Shown here: positions 1-9,595 of the stretch, one piece after another
How positions within the stretch are numbered: the first letter of the stretch is position 1
Layout of the letters: every line of letters starts with the position of its first letter
From: a virus
Direction: 5' to 3' (one strand)
DNA: 64,000 bases
IMG/VR virus record: IMGVR_UViG_3300023109_000014
Span: 18,462 to 82,461 of that record
The notes under the pieces: generated by a model
Seen by the model: the letters and a program-made list of their open reading frames with translations, nothing else
What the model was told of the DNA's origin: nothing
The model's database searches: none
Program-made: the position numbers and the translations under genes

Positions 1-108
1 TTAGACTTTGTTAAAACTCCCCAGAAGTTAACATCTGGTCAAATTAACCATTGCAATAAAGCTGCTGATAAGTTGAGTGGTTATTTAAATGCAGATGATA
101 TCTGTTAA
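1..108 (+). CDS. 3' end of an upstream gene (partial, unknown function)
   Basis: Frame 1 is open from base 1 (LDFVKTPQKLTSGQINHCNKAADKLSGYLNADDIC) to TAA at 106-108. Confidence 0.4.
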   Translation, partial: LDFVKTPQKLTSGQINHCNKAADKLSGYLNADDIC

Positions 109-150
109 AAACAAAAGCTAGAATTTTAATATTTAAATATTATCATAGGT

Positions 151-507
151 ATGGCTTTTACCTACTGTCAACACTGCGGAACTAAACACGAATACTCTTC
201 ATCTATACCCAACTTTTGCACGAATTGCGGCACCTCCTTTGGCGCAGCAAGAGCACCTTCAGGCAATTTAAAAAATGAAGAAGAAGAAATTACTAAAAAA
301 CCCTCATCAATTCCAGAGATCAACAAGTTAGATTATGAGATAAAACATAATGATTATCAAGAATCTACAATTGGTTCAGTAATGAAGGAAGAAAAATTAA
401 ATATCTCTACTCCTCGAAGGTCCCGAAAAAGTTTAACTGGAGATTCAGTAAAAGACTGTATTGAAGAATGTAAGCCTGCCAGGGAAGCGAAAGAGATTGA
501 CGGATAA
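151..507 (+). CDS. Zinc-ribbon protein
   Basis: N-terminal CQHCG...FCTNCG double CxxC motif, then a charged tail. Confidence 0.7.
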   Translation: MAFTYCQHCGTKHEYSSSIPNFCTNCGTSFGAARAPSGNLKNEEEEITKKPSSIPEINKLDYEIKHNDYQESTIGSVMKEEKLNISTPRRSRKSLTGDSVKDCIEECKPAREAKEIDG

Positions 508-1204
508 AAATAAAAAATTAACCTACGAAGAATGCCACGATATTGTGGTTGAAGAGATTTTAAAACGTAGGCATAAATGGTTCTTAACTTCTGTTTCGTG
601 GATGGATTTTGACGACGTTACTCAAATTATTTCTTCGCATATATACGTTAAGTGGGATAAGTTTGACCAGTCCAAACCACTAAAGCCATGGTTGAATAAA
701 ACAATCTCGAATCAATTGAAGAATATTCTTCGAAATAATTATTCTAACTTTGTTCGCCCATGCATGAGCTGCCCTTTTAACCTTTCTGGTTCTGGGGGTG
801 ATGATGGAGCTTGTTCATTTACCCCTTCAGGCGCACAAGATTCATCATGCCCGCTGTTTGCAAAATGGGAAAAAACAAAAAAAAGCGCTTATGACATAAA
901 ATTACCTTTATCAATTCACGCAGAAGAAACTGACTATATAGAAATAAAAGACTCTCATGCAGAAATTCAAAACCCAGAGCAAAGACTGCACCTAGAAATG
1001 AAAAAAGTACTTGCTCCTAGACAATACATAATCTATGATATGTTATATATACAACACAAGTCAGAAGAAGATGTTGCATTAAGAATGGGTTATAAAACTT
1101 CAGAAACTGGAAGGAAGGCTGGATACAAGCAAATAAAAAACCTAAAAAAACAATTTAAAGAAAAAGCAAAAATGTTAATTGCAACCAAGGATATTTTCAT
1201 TTAA
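461..1204 (+). CDS. Phage RNA polymerase sigma-70/ECF-like factor with a Cys-rich insert (start may be TTG at 497)
   Basis: Region-2-like DFDDVTQII...WDKFDQSKPLKPWLNKTISNQLKNILR; region-4-like LAPRQYIIYDMLYIQHKSEEDVALRMGY; CxxC..C..C insert between them. Confidence 0.7.
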   Translation: MKNVSLPGKRKRLTDKNKKLTYEECHDIVVEEILKRRHKWFLTSVSWMDFDDVTQIISSHIYVKWDKFDQSKPLKPWLNKTISNQLKNILRNNYSNFVRPCMSCPFNLSGSGGDDGACSFTPSGAQDSSCPLFAKWEKTKKSAYDIKLPLSIHAEETDYIEIKDSHAEIQNPEQRLHLEMKKVLAPRQYIIYDMLYIQHKSEEDVALRMGYKTSETGRKAGYKQIKNLKKQFKEKAKMLIATKDIFI

Positions 1205-2262
1205 TGAATAAAGTTAATTTAACAGAAGACCAAAAACAGTTTATTCAAAAAAACAAAGATAAACTTACCGACCTTGGAGAAATGACTCGGTCTGTATTTA
1301 TGGACGAAAGCCTTGATGGAAGAACTACTGAAGGTAGATCTGTGAGAGAATATTTGATTGAGATAGGTCAAAAGTTCGACACGACAAAAGCTGTACCCGC
1401 TAAAAATATTACTTTATCAGAAGAGCAAAAAAGTTTCATATCTGGCTATGCGAAAGACGGAATGAACGCTTTTCAGATTTCTAAAATTATTTTTGCAGAT
1501 GGAGGCGTAACCCCTTTGAGTAAAGAAACTATCGTTATAGCCGACTTTATTAGAGAGAGTATGCCTGAGGGCTTAGCAGATCAAGATTCTGCAAGAGGGG
1601 TTGAGTACAACCCTCCTTGTTCTGTACTTGCTGCAGTTAAAAAAATTAACTCCGTATCTGGAACAAAATTAAATCAAGAAAAACTCACGAGGCACGAAAA
1701 GCTTTGCGCAGAAAATTTAACTAACCTACTATCTTCTCCAAGGTTCACTTCTCAGATTAATAGTTATACCAGTCAGGGAGATAGGCTTTTATTTGAAGCT
1801 GAGTTTACGAGAGCTTGTTGGGATAAGCCAGACCTTACTCCTGATGAAATAAATATGTATATTAACGTATGTATGGACTATATTAATTTAAAACAGATTG
1901 AGATTCAAAAATTAAAATTGAATGATATGTTTAATGCTGCTGAAGAAGAGACTGATCTTACTATGCGACTTACTGAAATATTAAAAACAAAGAGCGAAGA
2001 ATATAATCAATGCATAAACAGAATTGATAGAGCAATAACCAAGCTGCAGGGAGATAGATCGAAAAGATTACAATCTAGACAGCAAAGTACAGCAAGTATG
2101 CTATCATTAGTTAAACTATTTCAAGAAGAAGAAGAAAGAAATATAATGATTAAAATGGCTGAAATGCAGAAGAAAATAATTAGTGAAGAAGCGGAAAGAA
2201 TGGAGGCCATGCCAGAATGGAAAGCTAGAGTACTTGGAATATCCAGAGATGAAGCAATATGA
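1204..2262 (+). CDS. Hypothetical protein, candidate terminase small subunit
   Basis: Two similar N-terminal helical units (LTEDQKQFI / LSEEQKSFI) and a C-terminal coiled coil; lies two genes upstream of TerL; function inferred from position. Confidence 0.4.
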   Translation: MNKVNLTEDQKQFIQKNKDKLTDLGEMTRSVFMDESLDGRTTEGRSVREYLIEIGQKFDTTKAVPAKNITLSEEQKSFISGYAKDGMNAFQISKIIFADGGVTPLSKETIVIADFIRESMPEGLADQDSARGVEYNPPCSVLAAVKKINSVSGTKLNQEKLTRHEKLCAENLTNLLSSPRFTSQINSYTSQGDRLLFEAEFTRACWDKPDLTPDEINMYINVCMDYINLKQIEIQKLKLNDMFNAAEEETDLTMRLTEILKTKSEEYNQCINRIDRAITKLQGDRSKRLQSRQQSTASMLSLVKLFQEEEERNIMIKMAEMQKKIISEEAERMEAMPEWKARVLGISRDEAI

Positions 2263-3224
2263 TTAATGAAGATAAAATGTATGTATGTAAAGTTTGCGGC
2301 GAATCCTTTAATACTGAACGTAGCCTACACGCGCATTTAAAAAAACATAATTTGACTGTTGCGGAATATTATACCACGCATTTTCCTAAAAAAGATTTAT
2401 TGACAGGAGACCCTTTACCTTTTAAGAATAAAAAAGATTACTTTAATAGAGATTTTTTATCTAGAAACAGATTGATAAAATGGTTAAGCATGCAGTCTAG
2501 GGAGGATGCTGAGGTAAGAAAATATATAATTAATAAACTTGAAAAAAGAATCAAGTCTAAAAATCTACCTCATGCTCCTTGCCATATAGAATTGCAATTA
2601 TGTCAATTACCGCCTATAGAATATTACAAAAAGATATTTGGGAGTTATAGCGAAGCCTGCAAGGAATTGCAGGGCAGCAATATGGAACCTATCTATTCCC
2701 AGAATATTGTATCTGATTTTTTTGAATCCAATAAGCGTTATGACGATGTTGAAGTATTGATAGACACTCGAGAGCAACAACCGTTACAGTTTAACAAATC
2801 AAGAATTTTAAAATTAGACTTTGGCGATTATACTACTGGTGGAGATCAATACTCTTACACTTACGTGGACAGAAAAAGCGAGGCAGACTTTAAGTCAACT
2901 CTTTCAGTTGGTTTCGAAAGATTTAAGAAAGAAATTTGCAGGGCTGTTGAGTTTGACAGTTTTTTATATATTGTTGTTGATTCTAGCATTAATCAAATAG
3001 AAAAGAATAATGGTTTCTCCGCTCATAAAGCTAACCTTGCTTTCATATGGCATAACATGCGATTTTTAATAAATGAATATCCTAAAAATTGCCAATTTAT
3101 ATTTTCTAGCAGTCGAGCAGCTTCTGAATTTTTAATTCCTAGATTACTAATTGAGGGAAAAAACTTATGGGGTTGCGACATGCAGTTTCATATAGACAAA
3201 AGAATAAGAGAAAAGAAACAATGA
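2259..3224 (+). CDS. C2H2 zinc finger + ERCC4 (XPF/Mus81-type) nuclease domain protein
   Basis: YVCKVCGESFNTERSLHAHLKKH; ERCC4 motifs IDTREQ, FGDY and VDRKSEADF. Confidence 0.75.
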   Translation: MINEDKMYVCKVCGESFNTERSLHAHLKKHNLTVAEYYTTHFPKKDLLTGDPLPFKNKKDYFNRDFLSRNRLIKWLSMQSREDAEVRKYIINKLEKRIKSKNLPHAPCHIELQLCQLPPIEYYKKIFGSYSEACKELQGSNMEPIYSQNIVSDFFESNKRYDDVEVLIDTREQQPLQFNKSRILKLDFGDYTTGGDQYSYTYVDRKSEADFKSTLSVGFERFKKEICRAVEFDSFLYIVVDSSINQIEKNNGFSAHKANLAFIWHNMRFLINEYPKNCQFIFSSSRAASEFLIPRLLIEGKNLWGCDMQFHIDKRIREKKQ

Positions 3225-5086
3225 CCTGGGATACTGGAAAACAACTTCAAAGAGAATCGTTTAAAGATATTAACGATATCATACTAAATAAAAAAGGTTT
3301 TTTAGAAGAAAGGGAGGCGAAGTTACTTTTGTATAAATTCTTAAGAAACAATATTACTTTTGCTGCCGATTTACTTGCAGGAGTAAAACTTTTTCCTTTT
3401 CAGCATATGGGTGTTAAGTCAATGTTTCAGACTGATTATTTCTTAGGCGTATGGAGTCGAGGAATGTCAAAATCATGGACTACTGGCGTTTTTGCGTTTC
3501 TCGACGCAATATTAAATCAAGGTGTTCAAATTGGTATTATCTCTAAGTCCTTTAGGCAATCTAAGATGATATTTAAAAAAATTGAAGATATTGCCAACAA
3601 ACCAGAAGCAGCTTTGCTTGCGCAATGTATCACTAAAACTTCAAAGACTAATGATCAATGGACTATGCATATCGGGGAAAGTCAGATTCATGCTTTGCCA
3701 TTGGGTGATGGAGAAAAATTGAGAGGTTTTCGATTTCACAGAATTATTATCGACGAATTTCTTTTGATGCCAGAAAGAATTTATAACGAAGTTATTATTC
3801 CTTTTTTGAGTGTTGTTGAGAATCCCACTCAAAGGGATGATCTTTACTCGCTTGAGACCGAACTTATTAATAGGGGAGAAATGGAAGAAAAGGATAGGTA
3901 TGTTTGGCCAAACAATAAGTTGATTATGCTTTCTTCTGCAAGTTATAAATTTGAATATATGTATAAAGTGTATTCACAATTTGATGAATTGATAAAGACT
4001 GGAAATAAGAAGCCTTCTGAAGCAAATAGGGTTGTTATGCATTTTAGCTATGACTGCGCCCCTACTCAATTATATGATCAAAATTTAATAGATCAGGCAA
4101 GAAGCTCAATGAGTCAATCTCAGTTTGATAGAGAATTTGGAGCCGTCTTTACTGATGATAGCTCAGGTTATTTCAAGACCTCTAAAATGGCAGAGTGTAC
4201 GCTTCCTGAAGGCGCTTCTCCTAGCGTTGAGGTCGCTGGAGAGGTTGGTCAGAAGTATATCCTCTCTTTCGATCCCAGTTGGGCCGAAAGTGAAAGTAGT
4301 GATAATTTCGCCATGCAGGTGTTTAAATTAAGTGATGCAAAAAAACTAGGTACACTTGTTCACAGTTATGCGCTTGCTGGTGCGCCCATGCGGTCACATA
4401 TATTGTATATGCATTACATTCTAACTCATTTTAATATTGTGGGAATGGTTGGAGATTACAATGGTGGCGTACAGTTTTTAAGCGCCGCCAATGAAAGTTC
4501 GATATTTAAAAAAGATGGAATTAATATAAAAATGATTGACGCAGACTTTGATAATATTGAAGAATACAATAAGGCTTTATTGGATGCTAAGTCGCAATAC
4601 GATTTAAAGAGCAAGAGAATATGTATTTTAAGAAAACCTACAAGTGCATGGATTCGAAGAGCTAACGAACTACTTCAGTCAAACTTTGATCATAAGAGGA
4701 TATTTTTTGCCTCTCCTGCTATTGATGATTTTTACGAAGAGCAAAGAAAAAAAAGGATTCCAATTAATAAATTAAAATTTTCAAACGTTATCGATAAAGA
4801 CAATAGTTCTGAGGCGTCGAAAATGATCGACTTTGTTGAGCATCAGGAATCTATGATTTATGCCACAAAGGGAGAATGTTCACTAATTCAAATTACTACT
4901 TCTCCACAAGGAACACAAACTTTTGACTTGCCTCCGTCTCTTAAAAGACAAACTGGCCCAGAGAAGGCTAGAAAAGACAGTTACTCCGCCTTAATCTTGG
5001 GCAACTGGATGATTAAGACATATTATGATTTTTCAAATTCTAAAGATAATACTATTTATACATTTACCCCAATGTTTATTCGTTAA
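3221..5086 (+). CDS. terL: Terminase large subunit (start probably ATG 3221, overlapping the upstream TGA; track start is 3167)
   Basis: LFPFQ adenine-binding motif, Walker A-like SRGMSKS, Walker B IIIDE, LSSA motif III, nuclease acidic residues SFDP and RKDSYSA; directly upstream of the portal. Confidence 0.9.
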   Translation: MTWDTGKQLQRESFKDINDIILNKKGFLEEREAKLLLYKFLRNNITFAADLLAGVKLFPFQHMGVKSMFQTDYFLGVWSRGMSKSWTTGVFAFLDAILNQGVQIGIISKSFRQSKMIFKKIEDIANKPEAALLAQCITKTSKTNDQWTMHIGESQIHALPLGDGEKLRGFRFHRIIIDEFLLMPERIYNEVIIPFLSVVENPTQRDDLYSLETELINRGEMEEKDRYVWPNNKLIMLSSASYKFEYMYKVYSQFDELIKTGNKKPSEANRVVMHFSYDCAPTQLYDQNLIDQARSSMSQSQFDREFGAVFTDDSSGYFKTSKMAECTLPEGASPSVEVAGEVGQKYILSFDPSWAESESSDNFAMQVFKLSDAKKLGTLVHSYALAGAPMRSHILYMHYILTHFNIVGMVGDYNGGVQFLSAANESSIFKKDGINIKMIDADFDNIEEYNKALLDAKSQYDLKSKRICILRKPTSAWIRRANELLQSNFDHKRIFFASPAIDDFYEEQRKKRIPINKLKFSNVIDKDNSSEASKMIDFVEHQESMIYATKGECSLIQITTSPQGTQTFDLPPSLKRQTGPEKARKDSYSALILGNWMIKTYYDFSNSKDNTIYTFTPMFIR

Positions 5087-5110
5087 AGTTAAAAGTCGAC
5101 TTTAACTTTA
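5084..5110. repeat. Near-perfect 27-bp palindrome between terL and portal
   Basis: TAAAGTTAAA-A-GTCGAC-TTTAACTTTA. Confidence 0.7.
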
Positions 5111-5125
5111 CTTTTAAACTTTTTC

Positions 5126-5139
5126 GTGTATAATAATTT
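5126..5139 (+). promoter_or_regulatory. Putative late promoter element GTGTA-N9-ATG (portal)
   Basis: GTGTA at 5126-5130, 9 nt before ATG 5140; same geometry at 7185, 15205, 16077 and 51896. Confidence 0.6.
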
Positions 5140-7179
5140 ATGTCTAGAAAATATACCAAACGTTCAGATTATTGGAAAAAATTTGACCAAACAAACAATA
5201 ACCTTTCCGACCTTACCTCTCAAGATAATCCTGTCGAGCCTAAGTTTTGCGGCACAAACTATTACAGCAAGTCTTCGCAAATATCCAGAAGCCAACCATC
5301 TTCGGGCCGATCTGGCGCAAGCAAAAGCAATTCAACTTTTAAGAAATCAAAGCAGAATAAATATTCGAATATAAGAGAGGGTATTCTTCCTTTTGAGCCT
5401 GGATCATCTGGAGTTTCAATTCAAGATGCTATTGAACTTTGCCAGAAAGCTTATGCAAATATTGCTATATTTCGTAACGCTGTAGATATAATGTCAGAAT
5501 TTGCAAACTCTAATATTCACCTTGAGGGAGGAACTGAGCCCGCTAGGCAGTTTATTGACCGTTGGTTAAATAAAATTAAAATCTGGAATTTAAAAGATCA
5601 ATACTTTAGAGAATATTACAGATCTGGAAATGTTTTCTTGTACAGGGTTGATGGCAAATTTGATAAAGAAGACCTTAAGAAGATTTCTACGATTTACGCT
5701 TCGTCTTTACCTTTAGGGCAAGTACCCGTTAAGTATATATTACTCAACCCCTATGATATTGTAGTAACAAAAACAACCTCTTTTGAAGAAGGAGATTATA
5801 AAAAGGTATTATCTGAGTATGAACTAGATCGATTAAGGAACCCAAAAACTCAAGAGGATAAAGAGTTCTTTAATGCGCTTCCCGAAAAAACTAAAAAAGA
5901 AATTAAAGAAAAAAGATTTTCTCGAGAAGGAATATATGTTCAACTTGATCCAACAAAATTAAATTATAGCTTTTATAAAAAACAGGATTATGAACCTTTT
6001 GCAATTCCTTTTGGCTTTCCCGTATTGGATGATATTAACTGGAAGTTAGAATTAAAAAAAGTTGACCAAGCAATTAGTAGAACTGTTGAAAATGTTATTC
6101 TTTTAATAACCATGGGTGCAGAGCCTGATAAGGGAGGAATTAATCCAACCAATCTAAATGCCATGCAATCTTTATTTATGAATGAAAGTGTTGGTAGAGT
6201 GTTGGTTAGCGACCATACCACAAAAGCAAATTTTATTATTCCAGAAATAAATAAAATTCTGGGGCCAGAAAAGTATGAAATTGTTAATGCCGACATTCGA
6301 GATGCATTACAGAATGTTATCGTCGGACAGGAAAAGTATTCTAATACTCAAGTTAAGGCTCAAATATTTTTAGAAAGACTCAAAGAGGCTAGAAACGCTT
6401 TTATTCAAGATTTTCTACAGCCTCAAATTAAAATGGTCTGCCGCAATATGGGGTTTCGACAATTTCCAGAAGCCAAATTTGAAGATATTGATATTAAAGA
6501 TGAAGTCCAACTGCAAAGAATCGCAACAAGATTAATTGAATTAGGAATTTTAACTCCTGAAGATGGATTACGCACAATTCAGTCAGGCGTTTACCCGACG
6601 ATAGATCAATTAGAGAAAAACCAAAAAGAATATGCAACTCAAAGAGAACAGGGGATGTATAACCCTCTAGTGGGCGGCGTACCTTCTGTAGAACCTCCTG
6701 GAGCAGAAGAAGATCGAAAGATTAACGAAAAACTGTCTAAGGAAAAGATTAAGCAGGATGCAAAAAATAAAAGCGAACAGGTTAAGCAACAAGGAGAGCA
6801 GGCTGGACAAAATCAAAATAAAGTACCTCAAGAAGTTGGTAGGCCAACAGGAGCAACAGCCAGCTATAGTCAAAAAGCAATCCAGGAAACCGTTTATGCT
6901 GTTGAGAGCTTGAGGTCTGAATTAAATAAAACAATGAAAAAGAAGATTAAAAAAAGAAAACTAAACGAACAGCAAGTTGATTCGATAGATAAACTCGTTC
7001 AGTCTGTTGTGGTTTCTTCAAAAATAGAAGATTGGCAAAATACTGGAACTCAATGTATTGAAGATTTTAATAAAATCTCTCAACTTAATATTCTTGATGA
7101 GGTTAGTGAAATATCATCTGCTCACGAATTAGCAGATTATCCTTCAGCGATTCTTTTTCACAGCAAGACAAAAAAATAA
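5140..7179 (+). CDS. Portal protein
   Basis: 679 aa between TerL and protease; portal-like segments (IFRNAVDIMSEF, YYRSGNVFLY, PFGFPVLDDI, KYEIVNADI). Confidence 0.85.
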   Translation: MSRKYTKRSDYWKKFDQTNNNLSDLTSQDNPVEPKFCGTNYYSKSSQISRSQPSSGRSGASKSNSTFKKSKQNKYSNIREGILPFEPGSSGVSIQDAIELCQKAYANIAIFRNAVDIMSEFANSNIHLEGGTEPARQFIDRWLNKIKIWNLKDQYFREYYRSGNVFLYRVDGKFDKEDLKKISTIYASSLPLGQVPVKYILLNPYDIVVTKTTSFEEGDYKKVLSEYELDRLRNPKTQEDKEFFNALPEKTKKEIKEKRFSREGIYVQLDPTKLNYSFYKKQDYEPFAIPFGFPVLDDINWKLELKKVDQAISRTVENVILLITMGAEPDKGGINPTNLNAMQSLFMNESVGRVLVSDHTTKANFIIPEINKILGPEKYEIVNADIRDALQNVIVGQEKYSNTQVKAQIFLERLKEARNAFIQDFLQPQIKMVCRNMGFRQFPEAKFEDIDIKDEVQLQRIATRLIELGILTPEDGLRTIQSGVYPTIDQLEKNQKEYATQREQGMYNPLVGGVPSVEPPGAEEDRKINEKLSKEKIKQDAKNKSEQVKQQGEQAGQNQNKVPQEVGRPTGATASYSQKAIQETVYAVESLRSELNKTMKKKIKKRKLNEQQVDSIDKLVQSVVVSSKIEDWQNTGTQCIEDFNKISQLNILDEVSEISSAHELADYPSAILFHSKTKK

Positions 7180-7184
7180 AATAC

Positions 7185-7198
7185 GTGTATCTATCCTT
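7185..7198 (+). promoter_or_regulatory. Putative late promoter element GTGTA-N9-ATG
   Basis: GTGTA at 7185-7189, 9 nt before ATG 7199. Confidence 0.6.
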
Positions 7199-7393
7199 AT
7201 GATTCAATTTTACAACGTTAGAAAAAAAGAAAAAGTGCAGATTGATCCATCTAAAGTAGAAAAAAAAGTTTATACTAGAACTACTAAAAATGGAAAGATT
7301 AGTGAACGTTATGCATTCGCAGCGGTGGATGAAGATGGAACAAAAATGACTAAATTCTGCAGTAAAGCAGATTACGATAAATTAGAAAACTAA
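7199..7393 (+). CDS. Small basic beta-rich protein, possibly DNA-binding
   Basis: 64 aa, Lys-rich; has its own GTGTA-N9 element; stop overlaps the protease start. Confidence 0.65.
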   Translation: MIQFYNVRKKEKVQIDPSKVEKKVYTRTTKNGKISERYAFAAVDEDGTKMTKFCSKADYDKLEN

Positions 7394-8940
7394 TGAGTAA
7401 GTTTAAATATTCTACGACATTTAATTTTGAAGCAGTCGCTTCAGCTTCTCCAATTTCTAAAACAGAAATATCTAAGGCATCGATTACGAATCTAGAAGGC
7501 TTAATTCCTAAAAATATTGATCTCGAGAGAAATATTGATTTGTTAGGAGTTGCATTTAATGCAGCTGTTGTAAATAAATTCAATAAAAATGGCGACGGTA
7601 TTGATTCTAATACCGCTTTAGCTATAAAAGATTACTTTGTTCACAAACCTACAAACATAGAACATAATAGGGATCAGGTTGTTGGGCATATAGTTTCTTC
7701 TGGTTTTTCTTCTTATGAAGATAGCGTCATAATGTCTGACGAACAAGTAAAATCTCAAGAAGAACCTTTTAATATTTCTTTGGCTGCAGTAGTTTATAAA
7801 AACTCGAGTCCGCAATTTTCAGATCTTTTAGAATCATCTGCAGATGAAAATGGAGATTTTTCCACGATAATATCTACAAGTTGGGAATTGGGGTTTAATG
7901 AGTTTGCTGTATCAATTGGATCTGAAGAGTTAAAAGATAATGAGGTTGTTTACGGCGAAGATATAGAAAAATATAAAGAACATCTTGTGGCATTCGGCGG
8001 TAGTGGAAAATTAGAAGACGGAAGAACTGTTCATCGACTAGTTACTGGCGAAGTTTATCCTCTTGGAGTAGCGTTTACAACAAAGCCTGCTGCGGATGTT
8101 AATGGTGTTTTGCTTGCCGATCGGGAAGAAAATAATCAAGACGCTCCAAGCACTAATGATGCTTTTTTAAATAAAATTCAAGAAAAAAGTTCTCATCTGA
8201 ATAAAAACAATGTAATTCTACCAAAGGAAACAAATTTAGATAATACTATGGAAACAGAAAAAATAATTAATAGCTTAGAAGCTCTTCTTGATGAGAAGCG
8301 TCGTGCAAACGATTTCTCTGATGAAGCCGTGGCTAGCATTTCTAAACTCGTCAATGATGTGATTATAGAAAAGTCCTCAGAATGGAAGTCTCAAGTAGAA
8401 GAAGCTCAAAGTAAAGCTGAGCAACTTGAAAACTCCCAAGCTGAAATGGCTGAAAAATATGATTTACTTCAGAAGGATTTTGAAGATGCTAATAAAAATT
8501 TAGAACAACTGAAAATAGATAATGCCGAAAGAGATGCTCAGGAATCTTTCAATTCTAGAATGGAATCCCTTTCAAGCGATTACGATTTAAGCGAAGAAGA
8601 TCTTAAGATCGTCGCTTCGGAATTACAATCTATTCCTGTTGGTATAGAGGCTTTTGCAGGATACAAAGAAAAATTCATGCAAATTTGGTCTCATAAAAAT
8701 AAAGAAGTTATCGCAACTAAAGAAGCTGAAATTGAGTCTAGAATTCTTGCCGAAGTCGAAAAAAGAACTTCAGGCGAAGAAAAGCAAGACTCAGCAGAAG
8801 TTGTTGATGCTGCGCTCGAAAACGTAGAAGAGTCTGAAGAATTGATTCCAAATAACAATTCCGAATCCTTGGAAGAAGAATCTTTATCAGATCGATTTGA
8901 GAAAGCATTTTCTCAAGAAAACATTTCAATCAAATACTAA
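7393..8940 (+). CDS. Prohead maturation protease fused to a C-terminal scaffold
   Basis: NKNGD, KPTNIEHNRDQVVGHI (His), STSWELGF (Ser), FTTKPAA; acidic coiled-coil C-terminal half; lies between portal and capsid genes. Confidence 0.8.
   Translation: MSKFKYSTTFNFEAVASASPISKTEISKASITNLEGLIPKNIDLERNIDLLGVAFNAAVVNKFNKNGDGIDSNTALAIKDYFVHKPTNIEHNRDQVVGHIVSSGFSSYEDSVIMSDEQVKSQEEPFNISLAAVVYKNSSPQFSDLLESSADENGDFSTIISTSWELGFNEFAVSIGSEELKDNEVVYGEDIEKYKEHLVAFGGSGKLEDGRTVHRLVTGEVYPLGVAFTTKPAADVNGVLLADREENNQDAPSTNDAFLNKIQEKSSHLNKNNVILPKETNLDNTMETEKIINSLEALLDEKRRANDFSDEAVASISKLVNDVIIEKSSEWKSQVEEAQSKAEQLENSQAEMAEKYDLLQKDFEDANKNLEQLKIDNAERDAQESFNSRMESLSSDYDLSEEDLKIVASELQSIPVGIEAFAGYKEKFMQIWSHKNKEVIATKEAEIESRILAEVEKRTSGEEKQDSAEVVDAALENVEESEELIPNNNSESLEEESLSDRFEKAFSQENISIKY
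8183..8216 (+). promoter_or_regulatory. Bipartite putative late promoter AAAAAAGTTCTCAT-N13-ATGTAAT inside the protease gene
   Basis: Identical boxes and spacing recur at 13804-13837 upstream of the tail tube gene. Confidence 0.65.
8248..8940 (+). CDS. Putative nested in-frame scaffolding protein (METEKIINSLE...)
   Basis: In-frame ATG (codon 286) just downstream of the internal promoter-like motif, at the protease/coiled-coil boundary. Confidence 0.55.
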   Translation: METEKIINSLEALLDEKRRANDFSDEAVASISKLVNDVIIEKSSEWKSQVEEAQSKAEQLENSQAEMAEKYDLLQKDFEDANKNLEQLKIDNAERDAQESFNSRMESLSSDYDLSEEDLKIVASELQSIPVGIEAFAGYKEKFMQIWSHKNKEVIATKEAEIESRILAEVEKRTSGEEKQDSAEVVDAALENVEESEELIPNNNSESLEEESLSDRFEKAFSQENISIKY

Positions 8941-8957
8941 TTTAACAAAGATAAAAT

Positions 8958-9572
8958 ATGGCTATTCGAATACTACCATTCCGACAGTACGACGAAAATG
9001 ACGTTGTCAATATGTTCTCTATGGACGTTGCTAACAGCAATCCTAGTGATACAGTTGCCGACGCTGGACTACTCGTCTCCGTGAGTGCGAAAGACATGGA
9101 CAAAGATCCTATCGAGCTTAACGCCGCTGACGGCGGACTGCTCGGAAAGAGAGATTATCCTCATGTTGCTCGCAACTATTACCCTTCAGTTCCACTCAAG
9201 ATTACAGCTTGCGATGGAGGAGTTCCTTTTGGAATTACTTTGGCTCAAACTTTAACTCACGACGAAAACGGCGAAAATCTTCTTCGTTATCCTCAAAAGA
9301 AAGCTGAATTATATGCAGTAACTTCTGGAGAAGCAGTTCCCGTTGCAACCAAAGGAATTTTTACCTTGGCTGAAAGCGCGTTTACAGCCGCTCCATTAGT
9401 CACCGATACATACGTTACAGCTGCTACTGGCAACAATAAAGGAAAATTAACCGCAGGAACCAATGCTTCTGGTGCTGTAGGAAAAATTCTTGGAGTTGGA
9501 AGCAGAACTTCTCAGAATGGAAATGCCGATCAGTTTGAGGGTAAATACGTAGTCGTAAAACTTGACCTTTAA
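8958..9572 (+). CDS. Capsid decoration/cement protein
   Basis: 204 aa, Gly/Ala/Thr-rich, immediately before the MCP; GEAVPVATKGIF...GAVGKILG beta-tulip-like pattern. Confidence 0.6.
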   Translation: MAIRILPFRQYDENDVVNMFSMDVANSNPSDTVADAGLLVSVSAKDMDKDPIELNAADGGLLGKRDYPHVARNYYPSVPLKITACDGGVPFGITLAQTLTHDENGENLLRYPQKKAELYAVTSGEAVPVATKGIFTLAESAFTAAPLVTDTYVTAATGNNKGKLTAGTNASGAVGKILGVGSRTSQNGNADQFEGKYVVVKLDL

Positions 9573-9595
9573 TATAGGAGATAAATTATATAATT

